From: Macrostomum lignano
Taxonomy: Eukaryota
NCBI GenBank assembly: GCA_002269645.1
Contig: NIVC01000756.1
Span: 52,477 to 80,398, forward strand
Length of the DNA: 27,922 bases
Direction: 5' to 3'
In this document: positions 10,030-19,860 of the stretch, one piece after another
How the letters are laid out: every line of letters begins with the position of its first letter
Position numbering within the stretch: the stretch's first letter is position 1
The notes under the pieces: generated by a model
Database searches by the model: none
The model's input: the letters and a program-made list of their open reading frames with translations, nothing else
Told to the model about the DNA's origin: nothing
Program-made: the position numbers and the translations under genes

Positions 10030-11137
10030 TCACATCTGCTTGTCCATATCGAAAGTGACTCGGCCGCGACCAGCGCCAACCATTGGCAGCAGCGGCAGCG
10101 CGGCCTTCTCAGCAACCTCGGCGGTCGCAGACGAAGCCGACGTGGAGGCCGTCATTCCTTGCTGTCTGTGCAGATGTAGCGGAGGCCGCGGCGGCAGCGT
10201 GTTGACCAGGTCGGTGCCAGCGTCCATATTGACGTGAATCTCCAACGTGCGGATCTGGCCGTTGCCCTGCTGCTGAGCTGCCGCTGCCGGCTCCTCTTTG
10301 TCCCCGCCGACCCCAGCGCCGCCACCGTCGAGCCGGAGGCTTTTCTCCATCCGCTTCCGACGGACGTCGTAGCCGCAGAGAGCCACCGCCAGAGCAAAGT
10401 GACAGCCGGCGAAGACGAACAGCAGCGAGTAGGTGACGACCTGGTGCAGCTGCTTGCGGGCGGCGATGGCCTCGAGCAGGTCGGCAATGCAGTTGTCCTT
10501 GTGGAAGGCGAGCGCCAGACCCGGCGGCGGCTGTCGCTTTTCCCTTCTTCCAGGCGTCGCTGATGCTGTCGTGTGGTTGCACAGCCGCGGCAGGCGCCGG
10601 TCCAGCTTCCGGCAGCTGGCGAGGCCATCGCGGAACGGCCGGAAGCAGCTGAGACCTGGCCGCGAGCTGTCCAGTGTTGGACGGCCGGCGCAGGTCGCGT
10701 CCAGCGCCTCCCCCAGCTGCTCGCGCAGGTGATCATCGATGCGCACAGTCTGGTCGAAGGCGACCATGTAGCCGGCCAGGACGGACTCGCCGCACAGGCC
10801 GACCAGGAGGAAAACGCCCAGCGCCTTCGGGCTCTGGCAGCAGCAGGAGCAGAAGATGCTCAGCCAGACCAGGGAGACAACAAAGAACGGCACGGCCGCC
10901 TTCAGGCAGGGGTCTCGCTCCAAGAAGGAGGCGCAGCCGCCGAGCTGGCGGGTGCAGACCAGGTAGCCGATGCCGCTGGCCCCGCTCTGGGCGGCGGTGA
11001 GGCCCAGCAGGCCGCAGAGCAGGCCGGCCAGGCAGTGCCAGCTGCGCCTGTAGCGGCTGACCTGCGGCCGGCTGGGCGAGGCCCGCGGCAGCTGCAGGAT
11101 GCTGTCCACTAGGCAGCAGCACATGGCGGCGGAGCGC
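10030..11137 (-). CDS. Divergent four-transmembrane tetraspanin-like protein, main exon
   Basis: Long GC3-rich ORF with four hydrophobic segments. A CSCCC cluster lies between TM2 and TM3, TM3 contains a Glu, and a loop of about 105 aa with 5 Cys and an NHT sequon precedes TM4. Acceptor cccatcccgccgttgcgcAG|11137. Internal GCCGCCATG at 11124. Coding status is secure; the family assignment rests on topology only. Confidence 0.8.
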
Positions 11138-11278
11138 CTGCGCAACGGCGGGATGGGAAGTCGCGACGTTTATGATGGAGCTGACTTGTTAAGCTGTACA
11201 TGGCTGTCTAGAACGTTCCCATAGACGTAAAAAACAATCTCGTAAATTTTTTGCATCATTGGAAACAAAAGTTTTTCT

Positions 11279-11665
11279 GAGAATCGCCCCTCGGAGAATC
11301 GCCCCTCGGAGAATCGCCCCTCGGAGAATCGCCCCTCGGAGAATCGCCCCTCGGAGAATCGCCCCTCGGAGAATCGCCCCTCGGAGAATCGCCCCTTGGA
11401 TTCAATTTAATCGCCCTTCGGAGAATCGCCGCTTGGATTCAATTTAATCGCCCTTCGGAGAATCGCCCCTCGGATTCAATTTAATCCCCCCTCGGAGAAG
11501 TTCCCCTCGGAGAATCGCCCTCGGAGAATCGCCCCTTGGATTCAATTTAATCGCCCCTCGGAGAATCGCCCCTCGGAGAATCGCCCTCGGAGAATCGCCC
11601 CTTGGAGTCAATTTAATCGCCCCTCGGTGAATCGCCCCTCGGAGAATCGCCCTTCGGAGAGTCGC
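11279..11665. repeat. Intronic minisatellite, 15 bp unit GAGAATCGCCCCTCG with TTGGATTCAATTTAATCGCCC variants
   Basis: Tandem copies inside the predicted intron 11138-11925. Confidence 0.96.
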
Positions 11666-11925
11666 CTGTAAGGCACCAAGAAGACTGAGCATCCTAGTAG
11701 GAGGTTCGATACCTCTACTAGCCAATTTAATCTACTTGAAATGTCTTCTCATACTCTGGTCCAACCAGAGAAATTCTTGTTTTTTCTGTATCTAGTTGGA
11801 GATTTGCACTCAGAGGTTTAGAATCAGAATTTGGTGCTCAGAAACGATAAAAGTGCACATAATTGAGACTTCCGCTCCGGCTGCAGGCTTTGGCAGCCGA
11901 GTTTTGAGCAGCTGGCGCAACTCAC

Positions 11926-12128
11926 TGGCTGATGAATGCCTTGTAGCTTCGTGTGTGCCGCTGCGGCTGCTGCTGCAAGTGCTCCGCCGCCTCGGCCTGA
12001 CCATTGTCAGGTAGGAACTGTAAGTCAGCGCCGTTGCTAAGGTTACCGGTATTAGAGCCAATTAGCAGCCGCCGCCGCTGCTGCTCTGCCGCGCTGTCCA
12101 AAGTGAACACCGCTGACGGCTTTGTCAT
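11926..12128 (-). CDS. Predicted upstream coding exon of the tetraspanin-like gene (MTKPSAVF...SYKAFISQ)
   Basis: ATG at 12128 and consensus donor CA|GTGAGT at 11925, phase 2. It matches the phase-2 acceptor at 11137 (CA+G = Gln, then RSAAMCCC). Joined protein is 436 aa. The frame stays open upstream to 12284, so the true start is uncertain. Confidence 0.65.
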
Positions 12129-13777
12129 CCGCGGTGCCGGGGAGCGGCGCTCTGCCCTGCCCAGCTCGCGGCAGTTTTGTTGCAAAGTTATCCCGCTGGC
12201 CGGTCCAGAGCGGGGCAGAGCGAGGGGACGGGGGGGCAGCTCGCTTTGAGCAGAAGAGAGCGGAGCGGCGTTGCAATTGGGATTTTAGCAGTGAGTGAAT
12301 AAGGGGAGATCTGCCGGGTTACTGGGAGTGGCTGGCGCGAGCTCTGTCATAAATAATCCAGGACTGGGTCGGGATTGGGGAAGGGGAACAGACGGGAAGA
12401 TTCTCCCCTCCCCTCGCCGATCCCCATCTCGTCTCTGCTCCGCAACGGCCAAACTGCAGCGGATTGCCGCCTGCGACGCCCCCGCTTTCAGCCACCGCCG
12501 CCGCTTCCACCTCTCCGCCGCCTTTACTTTTTCCTTTTTCCCCATCTCTTCTCCCGGCTGCTTGCCGGGCTGAGGGGGGGGGGGGGGGCAAGTTTCGGGA
12601 GGCCACGGGAATCGGTCAGAAATGAGCTGAATGAGGAATGGGAGCGTAAAATGGGAGCGGGGGAGTTGGGGGGCGCATCTCCAGCCCGGCGGCGAGTTTG
12701 ACCTGCCGTGGCTCTGGTCCCAATCCTGTCGCCTTGTACTTTCCGACATCGCAACTCGCGGGGGGCAGGCCTAATTATTAGCAAATATAATTTTCCACTT
12801 GTTGCCGGGCATGAATGAATAATTATCCCGCACTAAATTATGGGCAGGGAGTAGCAACAGCCCGTGTTCTCGGCGCAAATTCTATAAGACAAGAGCCATG
12901 CTGAACTCGCGAGCTGGCGTTCAACTTGAGCACTGAATAACTGAAGGAAGGCCTGCCCTGCTCCCGTGTGTCTCTGTAGAAAGCGAACAGCGCTTGAAAG
13001 CTAAGAGAAAGTGAAGGCTTGAAGGAGACAGAGCAAACTAGTACAAGTGGGGGGGGGTCTATAGCCTGCCTTTCTGCTCAGCATTGGGGAAAACTTGACC
13101 CAACAAGCCATTCGCCTGTGTCGTCAAAGTCAAACTTTGCGGTGACCGATTCCTCTTGCACTCCACTGCAACGCCTGCCTGACAAGTCTACCCCTTGATC
13201 CGGGCTTCTGTCAGCCCTAACTCTGCCTCTGCCCCGGATTTGGGTGCACTAATTGAGTGCCAGACTGACAGGCAGACAGACAGCAGGCAGTTTGCGTTCA
13301 GGGACCAAATTGACTGCTGACGGAAGCCTCTAACGACAGGCGGGGTTGCCGTGGGAGGTTCGGAGAGTAATTAGCCGCCTGGGCTGCCTAATGCGCCGCT
13401 GGATTTGCCGACAGCAGCGCGGCCTAATCTGATCGACGTCAATGGGAGCGCTCGACACTTGTGCAGGCAAAGGCACACAGGCCATCCGCACGCCTCATCG
13501 ATGGGCTGTAGGCGATAAGTAGACTCAGGATGCAGGGTGGAGGCTGCGAGACTCATGCAAGGCGAATAATTCGATTTCATCATCTCCTACTAAATTGGGT
13601 CTAACCACGCTTTGAACCTCTGTCAACCAGACCCTTTGTGCATCGGTGCTATGTTTCGTTTGTAACCCATACCCGCGGCCCAAAACATAAACAAACCGAA
13701 AATACATAAATCTCCGTCGAAGACAGGAACTCCTCCTTAAACAAAATTGGTGTTGGACTTTTAGCGGCTTTCAGAAG

Positions 13778-14243
13778 CTCCGCTAGTCCCCAACCTTCAG
13801 GGGACTCCGCTAGTCCCAACCTTCAGGGGACTCCGCTAGTCCCCAACCTTCAGGGGACTCCGCTAGTCCCCAACCTTCAGGGGACTCCGCTAGTCCCCAA
13901 CCTTCAGGGGACTCCGCTAGTCCCCAACCTTCAGGGGACTCCGCTAGTCCCCAACCTTCAGGGGACTCCGCTAGTCCCCAACCTTCAGGGGACTCCGCTA
14001 GTCCCCAACCTTCAGGGGACTCCGCTAGTCCCCAACCTTCCTGGGGCTCCGCTAGTCCCCAACCTTCCTGGGACTCCGCTAGTCCCCAACCTTCAGGGGA
14101 CTTCGCTAGTCCCCAACCTTCCTGGGGCTCCGCTAGTCCCCAACCTTCAGGGGACTCCGCTAGTCCCCAACCTTCAGGGAACTCCACTAGTCCCCAACCT
14201 TCAGGGGACTCCGCTAGTCCCCAACCTTCAGGGGACTCCGCTA
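13778..14243. repeat. Minisatellite, 27 bp unit CTCCGCTAGTCCCCAACCTTCAGGGGA, about 17 copies, each with a 7-bp hairpin
   Basis: AGTCCCC/GGGGACT stem with an 8-nt loop in each unit. No unique spacers. Confidence 0.97.
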
Positions 14244-14524
14244 CTCCGCAGATTTCAACGCCCAACACGCCGACTACTTGCAGAAAAAGTGCAACAAAGT
14301 TTCCTATAAAAATATTACTCTGCATCTGCTGCTGAAATTCTATACACCGGAAGCGGCTCTCGCCTTGGCATCAAATATACGAGCTGGTAATTTCCGAGCT
14401 CAGCAACTTCGGAAAAATCCGATTGGTTGCTACACCCGGGATCTGGAGGAATTATTTTAGACAAGATCGAGTTGCCAATTATTATGCTAATGAGCTGCTG
14501 CTGCGTGGCCAAGATTTGCATGCC

Positions 14525-14622
14525 CTGACTGACTGACTGACTGACTGACTGACTGACTGACTGACTGACTGACTGACTGACTGACTGACTGACTGACTGA
14601 CTGACTGACTGGCTGACTGACT
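14525..14622. repeat. (CTGA)n tetranucleotide microsatellite, about 24 copies
   Basis: Direct observation. Confidence 0.98.
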
Positions 14623-16517
14623 AACATATAATTCCCTAGTCCAAGTGCTTCGTGTCAGGAGTCCTTGACCCGGCACAAAGCTGCAGGTTAATGACGTGTC
14701 GCTGGCCGATTTTGGCCTCATTTGGCTGGCCAGATCGAAGCGGCCGCTTGAAGAACAGCCGCAGCTGTCAATCAATTCGGGCCGGCCATGCTGGGTGCCA
14801 TTGGGACCCGAGTTCCCTCTCCCCGGCTGTGTCCAAACCAGCCTTATCGATTCGGATTTTACTCATCCGAGCAAGCCGATATATCGACACCAAATCCCCG
14901 AGCTGAGTTTTTGTCCTTTCTGTCTGCCGAAGCAAAAATCCCCAGAGTGCCCCCCCTCCAAACCCTCCCCGCTTCTCGAGTTCCGCCGGTGCCTCCCCAG
15001 CCCAGATGCGGATTTGACAGGCCTCCGGAGCAAGTGGATAACTGCGCACCCGTTTAATGGAGCGTCCGCCGGGTGGGCCCAGCGCCGCCTTACCGAAGGA
15101 GCAGACGAAGCCGAAGTCGCAGGATCCACAGCCGATTCTCCGAGCTTCTGCCGCCGCCGCCGCCGCCTCGGCCAGGGAGATTCGCCGTCAAAACCGCCGG
15201 GTGGGGATCCCCTTTTAGAGCAGGGATCGGAGTCAATCAAATTTGGATGCCAGCTCCCTCGCGCAGTGGCTCGCCGCCGTGTCCAACAGAGAGCGAGCGG
15301 CGAGAGCTGCTCCCCTGCTGCTCTCCATCGCTGTTGCTTCGCCTCCGCCAAGCCCGCGTGCTTTAGTGCGGGATTTTTCTCCCCCAGATACCGGCAGCGG
15401 GTGGGGGATGCCGGGCTGGCTAACAAGCGCCGAGAAACTGGAGGTCCGGAGGGTTGGCAGCAGTTCGAAGTTTGGCGACTAGCGAACGGCCGAGTAGCCA
15501 GCCTCCAGCGAAGCCTCATCTTATACTCCCAAATGAGGGATTTGAGAACCGCGGAGGCGCAGCAGCGGGACAGGCGGGAAGACAAAGCAAGGCAGGGCTG
15601 GCCTCCGGGATCTGCTCTAGAGTAAAAGGCCCAGCAGTAAAAGGGATTTCAAGTCGGCCCCAAACTGCAAATCAAATCCCAATAAGAGTTTCTCCCCTGA
15701 CCGCTGGCCTTGGCTCACCCAAGTTTATCCCCGCAGTCCCGCGCTGGATTTGAATAATTAAGTTTATACCCTCTGTATATCGTAGCGAAATAAAATACAG
15801 TGCAATGCTTGCTCATCAATATGATTAAAATCTACGATTTTTATTAGTTAATAATTGACTGAATTCAGTTGCCAGCTCGATCGGGTGGGTTGGCAGTTCA
15901 ACTCAGTCAGAGAGTTACAGCGAATGTCAGCAACTATTCTAGAAATTACAACTCAAACTTGAAAGCACGCACAACAACTAAATGTGCAATATACTCAAAA
16001 AGCACAGCTTAGAACGCGGGGAGTTTGCTGCTACTTCTAGTACGAAGCAATGTGCACTGACACTATTTTGAACCCTCCTCTGTAAAAAAATTGACTCGCC
16101 GTACGAAGAAGGCCAGGCCGGGACAACCTTCTGGGCGCTCTGGCAGGCGCGGGGTGACACACAATTTCCAGCCAAAAAACAAGTTGATCAGAGAGGTCAA
16201 AGCCGGGAAACTCACAGGACGGACTCGAGGTGCGGGATGCATGCAGAATTTTTTTTTAAAAATCTTCGGAATTCTGCCACAGAGCAGCAAGACAAGTGTG
16301 CAGGGCGTGGCTGGAATAGCGACAGACAGAATGAAGCAAAAATAGGAAAATATTAGAAAATGTGGATCCACGAGCATGGATACACCACTAACATCAGAGC
16401 TCAAGAAAATTAATAAAAGACCAGGAAATGTTAGCGTAAAGGCAAACACAACATTTACTTCTACAAAATTCATTTTAACAACTACAAAATTTTAAGGCTT
16501 TGAAGAGATGTCGGATA

Positions 16518-16655
16518 GGGGTAGAGAAGCCTGAATGACACGGGGTCAAAGGGTAGCGGAGCCTGAAGGACAAGGGGTCAAGGGGTAGTGGAGCCTGAAG
16601 GACACGGGGTCAAGTGGTAGCGGAGCCTGAAGGACACGGGGTCAAGGGGTAGCGG
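16518..16655. repeat. Short minisatellite, 32 bp unit GGGTAGCGGAGCCTGAAGGACACGGGGTCAAG, about 4 copies
   Basis: Direct observation, downstream of the ARL6 stop. Confidence 0.9.
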
Positions 16656-16773
16656 ATGATTGCCAAATCCGGCTGCATGTATTTTGAGCCTACAGTGTAC
16701 AACCTGAACTCTCTTCTCCTGGGTACAAATGAGTTCTAGATATTTCACCAAATAACCCCGCATTATAGTCACA

Positions 16774-16787
16774 GTTGCCATGACAAC
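16774..16787. promoter_or_regulatory. RFX X-box GTTGCCATGACAAC
   Basis: One mismatch from the ideal palindrome GTTGCCATGGCAAC and a full match to GTHNYY-AT-RRNAAC. It lies about 23 bp beyond the ARL6 stop. Confidence 0.7.
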
Positions 16788-16809
16788 ACGTCTTGGACCA
16801 GTCAACCAG

Positions 16810-17355
16810 TTATTTCCTCGGTGGCAGCCGGCGCACCTCCTCGGCCAGCCAGTCGATGCCAGCCTGCAGGCCCTCACCGGAGATGGCATTGCTAGGCACG
16901 ATGTTCCAGGACTTGTTGCTGAGGCAATCCTTCAGACCGAGCATCTGCGTGCACTTCACAGGTGACAGGGCATCTTTGTGGTCCATCTTGTTGGCGTAGA
17001 ACAGGAACGGGATGCCCCGTGTCCGGATGGCGTCGTGGGCCAGCAGCTGTTCCAGTTCGTCCTTGGCCACCACGAAGCGCAGCTTGTCCGAGCTGTCAAT
17101 CACAAAGATGATGGCATCGCAGTCGCGGTAGTAGTGCTCCCACATGTTGCGGTAGCGGCCCTGCCCGGACATGTCAAAGCAGGTCATGCGCAGATTCTTC
17201 ATCTCGAGGCGTTCAACGTTGAAGCCAACAGTCGGAACAATGTTCTGCATGGTGGCGTTGGCCGGCTTCAGCTTGTTGATGATGGTCGTCTTGCCACTGT
17301 TGTCGAGTCCCACCACCAGCACATTTGCCTCTCGCTTGCCCAGAGCGCTGCCCAT
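16810..17355 (-). CDS. ARL6: ADP-ribosylation factor-like GTPase 6 (BBS3), uninterrupted ORF of 181 aa
   Basis: ARL6-type motifs GLDNSGKTT (G1), [22 protein letters not shown] (G3), [18 protein letters not shown] (G4) and SNAISGEGL (G5). N-terminal MG. Confidence 0.95.
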   Translation of the reverse strand: MGSALGKREANVLVVGLDNSGKTTIINKLKPANATMQNIVPTVGFNVERLEMKNLRMTCFDMSGQGRYRNMWEHYYRDCDAIIFVIDSSDKLRFVVAKDELEQLLAHDAIRTRGIPFLFYANKMDHKDALSPVKCTQMLGLKDCLSNKSWNIVPSNAISGEGLQAGIDWLAEEVRRLPPRK

Positions 17356-18019
17356 CCCGGACGAGATAAAGCAGAGGGTTTAAAATTTATTGAATATGTT
17401 TAAATATGCGCAGGTATCATCTAGCTATATCATACTTAAAACTGGAAAGCCAGACCTATCGCATTTATCAAATACTTTACTGGCATCACACTTTATAGCT
17501 CGTATTGAAAATTCTGGCTATATCAAAAAGTATTCAATTAATTAGTAACTCATATTAAAATACGTAAGAAACTGTACAGAAGCACCGGAAGAGTCATTAG
17601 TAATTAGTAAGTACAAGGTACTTTAGTTCCAAAAGTCAGATACATACACGATCATTACTAGTAGTTTTTAGCTTGTGCAAAGCAAAACCAAGAAAAACCA
17701 GTTTCATTTGAATCAGGGAAAGATAGCAGAAGATTGCTTGAATAAATGAGCCTTGTGCACTGAAAGTATATAATAATCTAGAGATGTGTTATTTGATTAT
17801 TGAATCTTCTTAAAAAATTTGAGATATCATTTTACTGCATTTAAGAAACAAATAATTGTAAATGCAAGTAGGAATTGCTAAGAAACTATAATCTTCTTGT
17901 TATTAACTCATCGAGCTGATTTGTATTAAATAAAAAAATACTGGCACAATTATTATTCGTTTAACAGTATTGTGAAGAATAATATAGGATAACAAATATC
18001 CAGTCAAATAATTGCCATA

Positions 18020-18678
18020 TCCTATATACTAATAATGAAAATCTTTCTTGCTTGCTTTTTTATTGCCATATAAACGACCTAAAGTTAACATCCAATAAAA
18101 TTGTTTTGGGTGATCTTAGTATGACAAACTCTGAGTCTCAGCCATAATATTTCAGAGCTTTCCAAGCTAAGCGCTCACAAATTTAAATCGACAAGCTTCA
18201 TTTTTCTTCAAGTTTGGAAGGATGCGAGCAATTCCTTCGCATTCCTAAAAAACTTTGCTTTCAACCAAGTTAAATACAGCTAAATACACAGTAGTATTGC
18301 TTAAATAAAAATTTAAAGTAGAAATTTTATTTTAAAACTATTTTTATTTTACATGCAAAGCAAAATAGTTGTTCTTTAGTCATTTTGCTTGATTACAATA
18401 TGAAGGTTTTGTTTTTATAAAATAACATTAGGACAATTATCGCGGATTCATTGGGTTCATTCCAAGAAACCAAGGCAGATCAAAATCAATAAATATGCTT
18501 ACGCTTACCAACTGCAGTAAAGAAAGGGCTCATCGTCGGTCATTTGATTAAAAATTAAAAGCACCTTTCTTTACCTAAAGCGAAATCATAGCAGTATCGT
18601 TTTACCAATGAATGGCCCTTATTGTAGTAGTGTTTGGGACTAGCACCGATTGGCCCCCTGGCAATGTATGCAGTCTAG
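18020..18678 (+). mobile_element. Possible non-autonomous Helitron
   Basis: A|TCCTATATACTAATAATGAAAAT 5' end, imperfect hairpin ATTGGCC/GGCAAT at about 18649-18665, then CTAG|T at 18675-18679. Confidence 0.33.
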
Positions 18679-19860
18679 TACACTGGCATAGTCTAGCATG
18701 GAAAAGGGGGTTGTCCAGCATGGTTCAGACCTTGGCTGTTATAGAGATTAGTTATTATTATTTCTTTTAAAAAAAGAAGTGAATGAAGTCTAAAATTTTA
18801 TATTGTCTTTAAGTAGAAGATCTTGAACTAACTTTAACCAAAATGTCCTTATAGTTAAATGATAAATATATAATTTCATACTTTTATTTGGGTTTTACTT
18901 TAACAAATATAAAGAAAGCTTTTGTTATTATTTTTAATTACAGTAATTTTTACTTGCTTTATTATAACAATGTTCTAGCAAAATTGGACTAAAAATAAAC
19001 TCTTTAGAGGCTTTCTATAATACTAACAACAAAATTAATTTGCACTATCTATAATTGGCAATAGCCAATAGACTATATAGGGAAATATCAAAAATACTTG
19101 CCTTTAGGCTGATCTAAAAAATTGAGCTCTTCTAGTTTGATTCAAAGTAGAGACTTTTCGCTATATTTTATTTTTTTGTTTTGCAATATTATTTTCAAGT
19201 TTGAATTAGTGTACATAGTATAGCATTAGAAAATGATATCTATGGCCAAAAAGGATAGGATATAGGCCTAGAAGTCTTTTGTACAAGGCAAGTCAATGGT
19301 CTACATGTATAGCCAGTATAGGTAAAATCTATGGGCCAACAATGTATGCATCTATGCACACTACTCATAATACTATAAGAAGAATCTTGGGCACTAATTA
19401 AGTGATAATTTCAAAACATGCATGGCATTTCCAATGCTCTCTTTGAGGCATATCTAGAAAAGTTTCTCTAGTACCACCTCTATCTTAGCTTAGCATTTGG
19501 TACTATGTTATTTTAAGTGGCAATTATTATCTATTATGACTAGTGTTTCTAACTAACTATGGCAACTGCCTAATTGACTAACTGATTGTTGATCTTGTTT
19601 AATTGTTATATTTCCTATTAAAAATAATATTGCAAAACAAACTAGATTCTAAACAAAAGTTACTAGGCTTTAGAAGCTATACAAATAGCAAATCATTTGC
19701 CATTAGCCTTATTTCTATAGACCCAAATAGCAGGGTCTATTTTAGCTAATGTTTAGTACTTGTAGCAACTTTATTTATTTGTTTTTCACCTTCTATGTCC
19801 ATTGATCCTTTCTTGTGCATGGTTTTTGAATTTTGTTTTTTTTTTATTCTAATTGGCTAC

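Noticed and set aside
10040-11122. Many overlapping ORFs on both strands of the tetraspanin-like exon, and likewise over ARL6 and the UBXN6 exons
   Set aside because: These are shadow ORFs expected from high GC3 coding sequence.
11652-11724. tRNA-like T-arm GGAGG-TTCGATA-CCTCT followed by ACTAGCCA
   Set aside because: It has a good T-loop and B-box, but no anticodon stem, D-arm/A-box or 5' acceptor strand can be built. At most it is a SINE or tRNA relic.
12573-12672. G-runs with G-quadruplex potential (also 5698-5760, 13048-13056 and 20374-20387)
   Set aside because: Such runs are common in this sequence, homopolymer lengths are unreliable, and there is no specific functional link.
14240-14460. 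ADFNAQH resembling the GDFNA motif of LINE endonucleases
   Set aside because: No other endonuclease motifs follow, and there is no reverse transcriptase nearby.
14696-14830. Kinase-like words LADFGL and GRPCWVPLGPE in the 309-aa ORF
   Set aside because: There is no HRD, VAIK, Gly-loop or DxWSxG, and codon bias is weak compared with the true exons. Treated as coincidence.
10030-17355. ARL6 and the tetraspanin-like gene as a polycistronic operon
   Set aside because: They are co-oriented but about 4.7 kb apart, with promoter-like GC-rich DNA between them. The acceptor at 11137 is explained by a cis intron.
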